A stretch of 64,000 nucleotides of DNA from an uncultured Lichenihabitans sp. (GTDB taxonomy: Bacteria; Pseudomonadota; Alphaproteobacteria; Rhizobiales; Beijerinckiaceae). Positions 29,107-42,254 of the stretch are shown piece after piece; the first letter of the stretch is position 1; every line of letters starts with the position of its first letter. The notes beneath the pieces are model-generated. The model searched no databases, was not told the DNA's origin, and saw only the letters and a program-made list of their open reading frames with translations. The translations under genes and the position numbers were made by a program. The DNA lies in contig CBDCBQ010000003.1 in NCBI GenBank assembly GCA_965214415.1, positions 162,091-226,090 of the forward strand, given 5' to 3'.

Positions 29107-29352
29107 ACCCGGTCCCCGGACTGTTTCACTCGCCACCGCGCGGAGCACGGCTTTATCGGATGACGCCAGCCGAAAGCCTTGGCCCTCGGCGCTCGCCACT
29201 CCGTGTTTTCGCGACGCTAACAGGCCAAAAAGACCGCAGCAAGCACGGAGCCATAAGCCGTTTCTAAGAGTCTGCGCCGCGACCGCCCAGGATTGACGTC
29301 TCGATGCGCGGGCGGGCAGAAAGCCGCGACGAAATGGGGGGTGACGTTCGCG

Positions 29353-29880
29353 ATGAAAGCTCTGGTGTCCGCCGCGCTCGCCATCCTGGTCGCCTCCGCC
29401 GCTCCGGTGGTCGCGGCATCGCTCAAGGTGGTCGTCTTCGACATCGAGCCAGTCGATCTGCCGAAGACGCCGGAGATGGTGGCGCGCCTCGCCGCCGAGG
29501 GCGCGCTGTTGCGCAAGGCGCTCACCGACAAGGGTCTCGTGGTGGTCGATACGGCGCCGCAGGCGAAGAAGATCGCCGACAACCTGCCGCTCAGCCAGTG
29601 CAATGGCTGCGACCAGGATATCGCGCGGGCGCTCGGCGCCGACCTCGAGCTGGCGACGGCGCTCCAGCAGCTGACCTCGTCGACCTACAATCTCTCGGGC
29701 TCGATCAAGGACGTGGCGTCGAACCGCGTGCTGCGCTCCGGCGTCGTCAGCATCACCGGCGACAGCGCCGACGAATGGGCGCACGGCGTCAGGTTCCTGG
29801 CCAAGGAGCGGCTGCTCGATCCGCCGCTGCCGGCCGACACGGCGGCGCTGAAAGCATTGACGGCGGGCGCGCCCAGGTAG
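29353..29880 (+). CDS. Exported protein with a CNGC motif, unknown function
   Basis: Signal MKALVSAALAILVASAAPVVAA. It is divergent from the SBP operon. It may belong to a DUF family of periplasmic or lipoproteins (not verified). Confidence 0.6.
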   Translation: MKALVSAALAILVASAAPVVAASLKVVVFDIEPVDLPKTPEMVARLAAEGALLRKALTDKGLVVVDTAPQAKKIADNLPLSQCNGCDQDIARALGADLELATALQQLTSSTYNLSGSIKDVASNRVLRSGVVSITGDSADEWAHGVRFLAKERLLDPPLPADTAALKALTAGAPR

Positions 29881-29897
29881 GGCAGGGCGCAGTCCAC

Positions 29898-31556
<1,659 letters not shown>

Positions 31557-31618
31557 CTAAGACGTGCCGCGCGCGAGGCACGTGTCAATTCGACGGGTGG
31601 CAGGCCGCGGGCGGCTCT

Positions 31619-31999
31619 TTAGGCCGACATGCGGTGCAGCATCTCGGTGATGCGGTCGGCGCTGTAAGGTTTGGCGAAGAAGTGGCCGCGCGCCGGCATC
31701 TCGGCCTTGCTCGGCATGCTCTTGCCGGAGGTGATGATGATCTCGATCGGCGGCCATTTGGCGCGGATCGCGGCGGCGAGCTTGAGCCCGTCCATCGAGC
31801 CGGGCATGTCGATGTCGGTGAACACGATGTGGATGTCGGCTCCCGCCAGCAGCACGGCGATGGCATCGTCGGCGTTGGTCGCCGTCACGGCCTCGAAGCC
31901 TGCGTCCTCGACGATCTCGGCGGCGAGCATCAACAGCAGCGGCTCGTCCTCCACGACGAGGACCCTCGTCACATTGTCGCAAATCACAGCCATACGCAT
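31619..31999 (-). CDS. Single-domain (CheY-like) response regulator
   Basis: RVLVVEDEPLLL...IVFTDIDMPGSMDG...ITSGK are the receiver motifs. No output domain is present. Confidence 0.88.
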   Translation of the reverse strand: MRMAVICDNVTRVLVVEDEPLLLMLAAEIVEDAGFEAVTATNADDAIAVLLAGADIHIVFTDIDMPGSMDGLKLAAAIRAKWPPIEIIITSGKSMPSKAEMPARGHFFAKPYSADRITEMLHRMSA

Positions 32000-32158
32000 C
32001 CTTGTACCCTAAAAATGTTAACCCGTTCACTTTCTTCGAAAGCGTTCGACCGCGGGTCGCGGCGACCCTCGCGCGCGTTCGTGGCTAGAACGTGGACCCT
32101 TCGAGGTCCCCAAAGGCGGCTTCCCAGCCGGGCGCCGGTGTGCTTTCGCTCATTCGTT

Positions 32159-32659
32159 ATGGCAAGCCCGTCCGACCTCGCCGAACTCGAGCGCCACATC
32201 CCCTCGCTTCGGCGCTATGCCGCCGCGCTCGCGCACGAGCTGGGCGATGCCGACGACCTCGTGCAGGATTGCCTGGAGCGCGCCCTCGCCAAGCTCGACG
32301 GACGTCGCGGCGGCGCGATGCGGCCGTGGCTGTTCTCTATTTTGCACAATGTCTCGATCAACCGCTGGCGGCGCTGGCGCCGGAGCGGACTCCGCGGCGA
32401 TCCAGTGTCCGAACTCCCGGTCCCGCCGGCACAACAAGCCAGCGCCGAGCTGCGCGCGGCCTTGCGTGGCCTCGATCGCCTGCCGCCGGAGCAGCGGCAG
32501 GTCCTGCTGCTGATCGCCGTCGAAGGCTTCGACTACGCCGAGGCGGCGGCGATCCTGGCGATCCCGGTCGGCACGGTGATGTCGCGGTTGAGCCGCGCCC
32601 GCGACAGGCTGCGCGAGGTCATGGAGCCGCAGCGTCCACATCTGCGGAGGGTCAAATGA
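32159..32659 (+). CDS. ECF (sigma-70 family) RNA polymerase sigma factor
   Basis: Region 2 (DDLVQDCLERAL...RPWLFSILHN) and region 4 (QRQVLLLIAVEGFDYAEAAAILAIPVGTVMSRLSRARDRL). Confidence 0.88.
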   Translation: MASPSDLAELERHIPSLRRYAAALAHELGDADDLVQDCLERALAKLDGRRGGAMRPWLFSILHNVSINRWRRWRRSGLRGDPVSELPVPPAQQASAELRAALRGLDRLPPEQRQVLLLIAVEGFDYAEAAAILAIPVGTVMSRLSRARDRLREVMEPQRPHLRRVK

Positions 32660-33420
32660 GCACGCGCCCCGTCAACGAGGACGATCTGCACGCCTATGTC
32701 GACGGCCGTCTCGATGCCGACGGCGCCCGTTGCGTCGCGCGCTACCTCGACGCCAATCCGGAGGCGGCGGCGCGGACTCGCGCCTGGCAGGCCGGTGGCG
32801 AGATGCTGCGCGCGGCGCTCGCCGCGAAGGCTGCCGAGCCGGTGCCGAGCCGGCTCAATCTCGCCCGGCTCGCCGAGACGCGGCAGGCGCGGGCCTGGGC
32901 GCCGGCGCGGATCGCGGCGACCCTCGCCCTGGCGCTCGGCATGGGCGGCGCGTTCGGCTGGTGGGCGCGTGGCTCCGACGTGCCGCACGGGCTCGCCGGG
33001 CTCGGCGCGGAGGCGGCGCTGACCCAGCGCGTCTACGCGACGAGCGGCCTGGTCGACTTTGGGCCGGCCGCGCGCGAGCAGCAGCTCGGCTTCGTCGGCG
33101 GCGCGCCCGTTCGCGCCGTCCAGGCTCCGGATCTGGCGGGCGCCGGCTACCGCCTGCTTGGGGGCCGGCTCGTGCCCACCGCGCAGGGCTCGGCGACCCT
33201 GTTCGTCTACGAGAACGCGGCGGGCGAACGGATCAGCCTATTCGTCCGCCTGATGATCGGCCTCGACGAGAACGCATCCATGCGCCAGGTCGGCTCGGAC
33301 GGACTTGCCGGCTTCGCCTGGTCGCGAGACGGCGTCGGCTACAGCCTGATCTCCGGCGCGGCCACCCCGGCGCTCCGCACGCTGTCGGACGAGGTGCGGC
33401 GCGAGACGGAGCGGACGTAG
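32656..33420 (+). CDS. Anti-sigma factor (zinc-finger-like N-terminal domain, one TM helix)
   Basis: ATGA overlap with the sigma gene. N-terminal DLHAYVDGRLD motif, TM segment ARIAATLALALGMGGAFGWWA and a periplasmic C-terminal domain. Confidence 0.75.
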   Translation: MSTRPVNEDDLHAYVDGRLDADGARCVARYLDANPEAAARTRAWQAGGEMLRAALAAKAAEPVPSRLNLARLAETRQARAWAPARIAATLALALGMGGAFGWWARGSDVPHGLAGLGAEAALTQRVYATSGLVDFGPAAREQQLGFVGGAPVRAVQAPDLAGAGYRLLGGRLVPTAQGSATLFVYENAAGERISLFVRLMIGLDENASMRQVGSDGLAGFAWSRDGVGYSLISGAATPALRTLSDEVRRETERT

Positions 33421-33534
33421 AAGCGACCGTGCCCTCATGGTGAGGCTGCGCTGTCTCGAACCCCAAGAGGCCCGACGACAGGATCGTGGACCACCTCGCG
33501 GCACCTCCGACTGTCCGCTCAATGCAGGACGCGA

Positions 33535-33675
33535 TCAGGTCGTCGGCGGTCGACGGGGACCGTCCGTTGGCGCCATGGTGGTGCCGAAAGAGACGATGTA
33601 GATGGCAATGGCGACGACCCACGCAATCAGGGCGAAGGCCATCACCGTTCCAACGTGGCTTTTCTCCATCGCCAT
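33535..33675 (-). CDS. Possible 46-aa single-TM protein (speculative; not in the ORF track)
   Basis: The reverse complement encodes [47 protein letters not shown] see no RBS. Confidence 0.2.
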   Translation of the reverse strand: MAMEKSHVGTVMAFALIAWVVAIAIYIVSFGTTMAPTDGPRRPPTT

Positions 33676-33814
33676 GGCGTCATCTCATCGATCGAGCCGC
33701 CTTTCGCCCGCGGACCAGCACAGACCGGGCGCGGTCCTTCGTCCCCGCGATCGATAGGTTTTGCCAGATGGCGCGAGGGTTGCCAGAAGAACGATGGGGG
33801 AGTGGAGCCGAAGG

Positions 33815-34462
33815 ATGACGGGACACGAGACGACGACGGGGCCGGTGGGCCTGTTGCGCGCCGCGCGGATGGTGCCGGTGCTGACGATCGCGCGCGAGGC
33901 GGATGCCGTGCCCCTCGCTCGCGCGTTGGTGGCGGGCGGCGTGTGCACGCTCGAGATCACGCTGCGTACCGCGGCCGGCATGCCGGCGGCCAAACTCATC
34001 CATGCCGAGGTCGAGGGCGCGATCGTTGGGCTCGGGACCGTCCTGACGCGGCGCGATCTCGATGTCTGCGTCAACAACGGGTTGAAGTTCGCCTTCTCGC
34101 CCGGTGCCTCGCCGGCGCTGCTCGACGCGGCGGCGACGATGGGGCTCGACTTCGTGCCCGGCGTGCAGACGGCGTCGGAGATCATGGCCTGCCTCGAGCG
34201 CGGCTTCGATGCGATGAAGTTCTTCCCCGCCGTGCCGGCCGGCGGTATCCCCGCGCTGAAGGCGCTGGCCGGCCCGTTCCCGCAAGTGAAATTCTGCCCG
34301 ACCGGCGGCATCGGCGAGGCCGATGCCGCGACGTGGTTGGCCCTGCCGAACGTGCTCGCCGTCGGCGGCTCGTGGCTGGCGCCGGCCGAGCTGGTCGCCG
34401 TCGGCGACTGGGCCGCCATCACCGCGCGTGCGAAACACTCGATGGACCTGCTGGCCGCCTGA
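33815..34462 (+). CDS. eda: KDPG / KHG aldolase
   Basis: [33 protein letters not shown]...KFFPA...KFCPTGGI are the canonical Eda motifs. Confidence 0.9.
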   Translation: MTGHETTTGPVGLLRAARMVPVLTIAREADAVPLARALVAGGVCTLEITLRTAAGMPAAKLIHAEVEGAIVGLGTVLTRRDLDVCVNNGLKFAFSPGASPALLDAAATMGLDFVPGVQTASEIMACLERGFDAMKFFPAVPAGGIPALKALAGPFPQVKFCPTGGIGEADAATWLALPNVLAVGGSWLAPAELVAVGDWAAITARAKHSMDLLAA

Positions 34463-34485
34463 GCGGTCCTCAACCAAGGACACCC

Positions 34486-36300
<1,815 letters not shown>

Positions 36301-36344
36301 GGCTTGATACAGAGATCCCTGCAGCCAAGCCCAAGCTGTTCGCC

Positions 36345-36379
36345 TGACGCATCCTGACGCAAATGACGCATATAACGCA
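36345..36379 (+). promoter_or_regulatory. Four phased direct heptamers TGACGCA / TGACGCA / TGACGCA / TAACGCA (9-10 bp spacing) upstream of glgC
   Basis: Read directly, with starts at 36345, 36355, 36364 and 36373, in the edd-glgC intergenic region. Confidence 0.4.
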
Positions 36380-36500
36380 TGCTGAAATTTCGCGGAGACA
36401 GGTCCGGATCCATCTGCGCTCTCGATTGGCCGGCAGCCCCAAAAGCCTTCTCAACCCTCCTTAAATGCCCTACGGACACGCAGCCGTCGGGAGGTTGCGG

Positions 36501-37769
36501 ATGCTGGACAAGACCCGGGTGAGCGCGCCGCTCTCCCGCCACGCGATGGCCTATGTGCTGGCGGGCGGGCGCGGCAGCCGGCTCCTCGAGCTGACAGACA
36601 CGCGCGCCAAGCCCGCGGTGTACTTCGGCGGCAAGTCGCGCATCATCGATTTCGCGCTGTCGAACGCGCTGAACTCCGGCATCCGCCGCATCGGCGTCGC
36701 GACGCAGTACAAGGCGCATTCGCTGATCCGCCACCTGCAGCGCGGCTGGAACTTCTTCCGCCCCGAGCGCAACGAGAGCTTCGATATTCTGCCCGCCAGC
36801 CAGCAGGTGTCGGAAAACGCCTGGTACGCGGGCACGGCGGACGCCGTCTTCCAGAACACCCAGATCATCCGCGATTATGGGCCGCGCTTCATGGTCATCC
36901 TCGCCGGCGACCACATCTACAAGCAGGATTACGAGCTGATGCTGCAGCAGCACGTCGATTCGGGCGCCGACGTCACCGTCGGCTGTCTCGAGGTGGCGCG
37001 CATGGAGGCCACCGGGTTCGGGGTGATGGCTGTCGACGAGAACGACACCATCATCTCCTTCCTCGAGAAACCCGCCGACCCGCCGGCGATGCCCGGCAAG
37101 CCCGACATCGCGCTCGCCTCGATGGGCATCTACGTCTTCGAATCGGAGTTCCTGTTCGAGCAGCTGCGCCGCGATGCCGCCGATCCGACCTCGAGCCACG
37201 ATTTCGGCAAGGACATCGTTCCCTACATCGTCAAGCACGGCAAGGCGGTGGCACACCCGTTCGGGCGTTCCTGCGTGCGTTCGTCGGGCGAGGCGCAAGC
37301 CTATTGGCGCGACGCCGGCACGCTCGATTCCTACTGGGAGTCGAACCTCGACCTGACCGATGTCGTGCCCGGCCTCGATCTCTACGATCGGGACTGGCCG
37401 ATCTGGACCTATGGCGAGATCACCCCGCCGGCGAAATTCGTCCACGACGACGACGGCCGGCGCGGTCGCGCGACCAACTCGCTGGTGTCGGGTGGCTGCA
37501 TCATCTCCGGCACCGACATGTCGCGCTCGCTCCTGTTCACCGGCGTGCATGTCCATTCCTACGGCCGCATCCACGGCGCGGTGATCCTTCCCTATGCCGA
37601 CATCGGTCGCGGCGCGCGGCTGCGGCGGGTGATCATCGATCGCGGCGTGAAGATCCCCGATGGCCTTGTCGTCGGCGAGGATCCCGAGCACGACGCCGCC
37701 CGCTTCCGCCGCACGGACAAGGGGATCTGCCTCATCACCCAGCCGATGATCGATCGACTCGTCAATTGA
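36501..37769 (+). CDS. glgC: Glucose-1-phosphate adenylyltransferase
   Basis: [39 protein letters not shown] is the canonical GlgC N-terminus. The start was chosen at the internal ATG MLDKTR. Confidence 0.93.
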   Translation: MLDKTRVSAPLSRHAMAYVLAGGRGSRLLELTDTRAKPAVYFGGKSRIIDFALSNALNSGIRRIGVATQYKAHSLIRHLQRGWNFFRPERNESFDILPASQQVSENAWYAGTADAVFQNTQIIRDYGPRFMVILAGDHIYKQDYELMLQQHVDSGADVTVGCLEVARMEATGFGVMAVDENDTIISFLEKPADPPAMPGKPDIALASMGIYVFESEFLFEQLRRDAADPTSSHDFGKDIVPYIVKHGKAVAHPFGRSCVRSSGEAQAYWRDAGTLDSYWESNLDLTDVVPGLDLYDRDWPIWTYGEITPPAKFVHDDDGRRGRATNSLVSGGCIISGTDMSRSLLFTGVHVHSYGRIHGAVILPYADIGRGARLRRVIIDRGVKIPDGLVVGEDPEHDAARFRRTDKGICLITQPMIDRLVN

Positions 37770-37772
37770 GGA

Positions 37773-38115
37773 TCAATTCAGCCGGTCCAAGCTTTCCAGC
37801 AAATCCGGCAGGGCTCTTTGAAGCGTTGCCCAAATGACTTCAAAGTCCAGGGCGAAATAGGCATGGGCAATGCGGTTTGCGCATGCCGCGAAGGTTTGTC
37901 CATGGAACGGCCGGATTGTTTGCGACGAAATCGGGATGATGGTCCATCATTCGAGCGGCGGCCTCTCCTATAAGTAGAAAGCTCATCAGGACTGCTCGAC
38001 GTGTTCGGCGATCAGCGAGAAGACGTTCTCGGTCAAAGCCCTCGACGAACTCGAGGGCCTCGCGAGCACTTTGTCGCATTTGCTCGACGTATTTTGATGA
38101 TGGCGTGGCCGTCAA
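37773..38115 (-). pseudogene. HepT-like (DUF86) toxin gene with a 1-nt insertion inside the Rx4HxY catalytic motif
   Basis: The track ORF ends ...NLRGMRKPHCPCLFRPGL*. Removing one A of the AAA run (plus-strand TTT at 37876-37878) restores MRNRIAHAYFALDFEVIWATLQRALPDLLESLDRLN*, ending at 37773. The region is visibly more A+T-rich than its flanks. Confidence 0.7.
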
Positions 38116-38398
38116 ATCGGCCGCGCGACCGCGAGCACAAGCTCACGTATGTCTGACGGCAAGTCGCCAGTCGTTAGAAGGTCGACCCGCACGCCAAGAA
38201 GAGTTTCGAGCGCAATTTGCAGTCCCCCGAGATCGAACAAGGTTGTGCCGGGTAGAGCGTCGACCAAAAGATCGAGAGTGCCGGTGCCGCTACCATTCCG
38301 CGTGTTCGGCCGACGACACGCGGATTGGCGGCGTGAAACTGCTCCGCCAACCCGTGAATCGCGTCCCGCTGAAGATCAAGCTTCTCATTGGGATTCAT
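38112..38398 (-). pseudogene. MntA-like nucleotidyltransferase antitoxin gene, apparently frameshifted
   Basis: The N-terminus MNPNEKLDLQRDAIHGLAEQFHAANPRVVGRTRG is in one frame. The C-terminus GSGTGTLDLLVDALPGTTLFDLGGLQIALETLLGVRVDLLT...ARPI* is in a frame offset by 1 nt and ends in a TTGA overlap with the hepT start. The switch is near 38290-38300. Confidence 0.6.
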
Positions 38399-38488
38399 AT
38401 CACGGCCATACCAAAACTCCGCGCAATAAGACAGGGGGCCTCGGCACCGCAGCCAAGCCAAGATCATCCTTCCCTGCTACATTAGTCT

Positions 38489-39733
38489 ATGAGCATGCCC
38501 TTGAAAGTCGCCCTCTTCTCCAAGGAATACCCGCCCAACGTCTACGGCGGCGCCGGCGTCCACGTAGAGTACCTCGCCCGCGCTTTGGCGAAGAGCGTCG
38601 AGGTCGAGGTGCGCTGCTTCGGCGACCAGCACGCCGAAGACGGCCGTCTCGCCGTGCGCGGCACTCCGCAATGGGACAAAACCCAAGCCAACACAGATCC
38701 GCGATTTGTCGGGGCGATCGACGCGTTCGCCCGCTCGCTCGTGATGGCCAAGGACACGCTCGACGCCGACCTGGTCCATTGCCACACCTGGTACACCGAC
38801 ATGGGCGGGCTCATCGCCGCCAAGCTGTGGGGCGTGCCCTACGTGCTCACCATCCACTCGCTCGAGCCGCTGCGGCCGTGGAAGGTCGAGCAACTCGGCA
38901 ACGGCTATCATCTTTCGGCCTGGATGGAACGCACGGCGATCGAGGCGGCGGACGCCATCGTCGCGGTCTCGAAGGAGACGCGGGCCGACGTCCTGCGGCT
39001 GTTCGACATCGCGCCGGAGCGGGTCCACGTCATCCACAACGGAATCGATCTCGACGAGTATCAGGCTGTCGTCGGCACCGACGTCCTGTCCCGCTGGGGC
39101 ATCGATCCGGCGAAACCATTCATGCTGTTCGTCGGCCGCATCACCCGGCAGAAGGGCATCATCCATCTCGTCGCCGCGATCCCCGAGATCGATTCCGACC
39201 TCCAGATCGTGCTCTGCGCCGGCGCGCCGGATACTCCCGAGATCGGCGCCGAGATGGAACAGGCCTTCGCCAAGGCCGCCGCCGCGCGCCCGGGGCTGAT
39301 CTGGATCCGCGAGATGCTGCCGCGCGCCGACGTGATCCAGCTCTACACGCATGCGGCGGTGTTTTGCTGCCCATCGGTCTACGAGCCGTTCGGCATCATC
39401 AACCTCGAGGCGATGGCCTGCGGCACCGCGGTCGTCGCGTCGGCCGTCGGTGGCATCCCCGAGGTCGTGATCCCCGAGGAAACAGGCCTCCTCGTCGACC
39501 CTGGCCTCGCGCCCGGCGGCTTCGATCCCGCCGACCCGGCGCGTTTCGCCACCGACCTCGCCGCCGCGATCAATCGGCTCGCCCGGGAACCCGCGCTTCG
39601 CGACAGATACGGCGCGGCCGGACGGGCGCGCGTCGTTGCCCATTTCAGCTGGGACGCGATCGCGAAACAGACGCTCGATCTCTATGCCCGGGTCATCGCG
39701 GACCATGGCCCCCGTGAAACCTCACTCAAATAA
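38489..39733 (+). CDS. glgA: Glycogen synthase, GT4 (Corynebacterium-type GlgA)
   Basis: KVALFSKEYPPNVYGGAGVHVEYLARAL and a C-terminal GT-B E-x7-E region (PSVYEPFGIINLEAMACG). Confidence 0.88.
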   Translation: MSMPLKVALFSKEYPPNVYGGAGVHVEYLARALAKSVEVEVRCFGDQHAEDGRLAVRGTPQWDKTQANTDPRFVGAIDAFARSLVMAKDTLDADLVHCHTWYTDMGGLIAAKLWGVPYVLTIHSLEPLRPWKVEQLGNGYHLSAWMERTAIEAADAIVAVSKETRADVLRLFDIAPERVHVIHNGIDLDEYQAVVGTDVLSRWGIDPAKPFMLFVGRITRQKGIIHLVAAIPEIDSDLQIVLCAGAPDTPEIGAEMEQAFAKAAAARPGLIWIREMLPRADVIQLYTHAAVFCCPSVYEPFGIINLEAMACGTAVVASAVGGIPEVVIPEETGLLVDPGLAPGGFDPADPARFATDLAAAINRLAREPALRDRYGAAGRARVVAHFSWDAIAKQTLDLYARVIADHGPRETSLK

Positions 39734-39903
39734 GCTACGACAAAAGTATAAGATCTATACTAAAGACTAACGGCGGTAGTTGTACAATCGCAACAAGACT
39801 TGGGTTGTGGCTCAGGCTGAGCTGTTAGATGCAAACGCAATCTTTACAACGATGTTCGGAAGCCCTTAGCTCCCTCTCGCAAAACGAGTCGTTGCTGGGG
39901 GCA

Positions 39904-40956
39904 ATGATGATCAAGACGACGGGTGCATTACTTGCAGGCTTGCTGGTCCTGCCAGCCGCGGTTTTGGCCGCCGATCTACCGGCCCGAACCGCGCCGCCTG
40001 TCTACGTTGCGCCAGCGTTGCCGATGTTTTCCTGGACCGGCGTCTACGTCGGCGCCAATGCCGGCTACGGCTTCGCGAGAAGCGGCGGCGACCTCGGCCC
40101 AACGGCATTGTCCGTTCCGGCAGCCGCGGTCGGCACGTTCGCGGTGAGACCGGCGAACGGCGCGCCGTTCCTCGCCCAGTCGTCCGGACACCGCGACGGC
40201 TTCGTCGGGGGTGGCCAGGTCGGGTTCAACTATCAGTTAGGTGCCGGGTCCGGCGTCGTGGTCGGTGTCGAGGCTGATTTCGATTATGCCGATCTCAGGG
40301 ATGGCAATCAGAGCGGCGGCCTCGGCACCGCGGTCGCTGGCGGCAACCCGCGCGTCGCGCCGAACGGCACCGGACGCGGCGTTGCCCCGCTCGGCACCGG
40401 ACTGGCCACCGCGGCCGGGAATGTCGCCTTCTTCAACACACAGCGGCGAGGGCCAGGCGACTTTCTCGGGACCGTGCGTGGGCGGCTCGGCTATGGCTTT
40501 GACCGCGTCCTCGTCTTCGCGACGGGCGGTTATGCCTACACGGGAGGGCGCAACGGCGGCGTCAGCGGCGGCTACGCGAATGGCGCTGCAGTGCCTGCGA
40601 ATTTCTATGCCGGCTTCGGCGCTCGGGAAGCCGGTGCCGCAGTGGGGCCGGGCGCCGGCTCCAGCGGTATTCGAAGCGGCTACGTGATCGGCGGCGGCCT
40701 CGAATACGCGATCGCGACGGACTCGATCTTCAACGTCTTTCACTCGAGCGCCGTGACCCTCAAGGTCGAAGGCCTCTACTTCAACCTCGGCCACGATGGC
40801 GTCGGCGGCTCTCAGGTGGTCGGCGTCTCGAACACCGGCGCCGTCATCACCGGCAGCGGCTTCGCCTCGCGCGACAATACCTTCGCGGTGGTTCGCGCCG
40901 GCATCAACTTCAAGTTTGGCTCGCCCGTCGAGGCGCCGGTCGTCGCGCGGTACTGA
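39904..40956 (+). CDS. Outer-membrane beta-barrel protein (Omp25/Omp31/OmpA-like porin family)
   Basis: Signal MMIKTTGALLAGLLVLPAAVLA, WTGVYVGANAGYGF, alternating Gly/aromatic strands and a near-C-terminal GINFKF. Confidence 0.8.
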   Translation: MMIKTTGALLAGLLVLPAAVLAADLPARTAPPVYVAPALPMFSWTGVYVGANAGYGFARSGGDLGPTALSVPAAAVGTFAVRPANGAPFLAQSSGHRDGFVGGGQVGFNYQLGAGSGVVVGVEADFDYADLRDGNQSGGLGTAVAGGNPRVAPNGTGRGVAPLGTGLATAAGNVAFFNTQRRGPGDFLGTVRGRLGYGFDRVLVFATGGYAYTGGRNGGVSGGYANGAAVPANFYAGFGAREAGAAVGPGAGSSGIRSGYVIGGGLEYAIATDSIFNVFHSSAVTLKVEGLYFNLGHDGVGGSQVVGVSNTGAVITGSGFASRDNTFAVVRAGINFKFGSPVEAPVVARY

Positions 40957-41082
40957 CGCGGCACGACATCACTCGAATTCGCCGGGCCATGCCCGAGTGG
41001 ACACACAGGCTGGTTGGCCGTCGCGCCAGCCCGTGATCGATCACGCGTGCCGATATCCGGTGCGGACGGAAGGGGGCATCTC

Positions 41083-41826
41083 ATGGCATTCAACACCAAG
41101 ACTATCCGTATGACCTTGCTGGCGGGCGTCGCGCTCGTCGGGTCGGCGATGGCGGCGCAGGCGCGGCCAACATCCTGTCCGGTCAGCTACAGCCAGCTGA
41201 AAAGCGCGCTCGCGGCGGCCGACGCCGCCGATACCTCGGGGCTCAACAATCATTACTGGGCCGTCGTCGTCGACCGCACCGGTGTGGCCTGCGCGGTCGC
41301 GTTCTCTGGCGCGGACACCGGCTCGCAATGGCTCGCCAGCCGGCAGATCGCCGCCGCCAAGGCGTTTACCGCGAACAGCCTCAGCCTGAACCTGAATGGG
41401 GCGCTCGGTGGCGGCTTCGGTGCGTTGTCGACCGCCGAACTCTACCAGTTCGTGCAGCCGAGCAATCCATCGATCGGCAACCCGCTGTTCGGTTTGAACG
41501 GCGGCAACGTTCTCGATTCGACGATCGCGTATCAGGGCAACTACGACAACTTCGGCACGACGAAGGACCCGATGATCGGCTACCGGGTCGGCGGCACGAT
41601 CACGTTCGGCGGCGGTCTCGCGCTCTACAGCGGCAAAACTGTCGTTGGTGGCCTGGGCCTATCCGGCGATACCGCCTGCGCCGATCACTCGACCGCCTGG
41701 CGTACCCGGATCAACCTCGGGCTTGCGTCGGACGGATCGGACGCGCTGCACTTCGCGACCAACGCGAATATGACGGACGGACACCCGCACTGTCCCAACG
41801 ACGCCGCGACGCAGGGTGTCCAGTAA
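41083..41826 (+). CDS. Exported GlcG/HbpS-like (DUF336) protein
   Basis: Signal peptide, WAVVVDRTGVACAVAFSG...SRQIAAAKAFTANS and GGLGLSGDTACADHSTA, which are typical of GlcG-family heme-binding or cofactor-binding proteins. Confidence 0.7.
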   Translation: MAFNTKTIRMTLLAGVALVGSAMAAQARPTSCPVSYSQLKSALAAADAADTSGLNNHYWAVVVDRTGVACAVAFSGADTGSQWLASRQIAAAKAFTANSLSLNLNGALGGGFGALSTAELYQFVQPSNPSIGNPLFGLNGGNVLDSTIAYQGNYDNFGTTKDPMIGYRVGGTITFGGGLALYSGKTVVGGLGLSGDTACADHSTAWRTRINLGLASDGSDALHFATNANMTDGHPHCPNDAATQGVQ

Positions 41827-42254
41827 GCGCCGGTCGCGGACGCGAGACAGCTGAAGACGAACGTCCGGAAACAGCAGGACGGCTAGGAAATGCGGGCGAG
41901 ACGTCCGCATTTCATCAGGCGAGGTGTCAGGGCCGCGCCTGCGTCTTCCGCGATCACGAGGGATCGCGAACGCCAACCGCGGGCACGTATCCGGCATCCG
42001 CCGCCGCCTCGCAAATTCACGAAGCCGAAAGTCTCGCGAAAACAACTCGGGACGCGCCGGCGCCGGCTGCTGTTGTCGCAAAGTCTTAATAAACAGCGCC
42101 GCGTCAAATTTGCTACGCGCCGATGAGAACTTGTGGCGCTTTTGCGGTTACGACCACTCCGACGACGGAACAGCTAGCCGCAAGCTACGCCAACCTCTAA
42201 TCCAGGCCGGGGCGCGACGGGCGACGAGATCGCGCTACTGAGAGGAATGCACCT

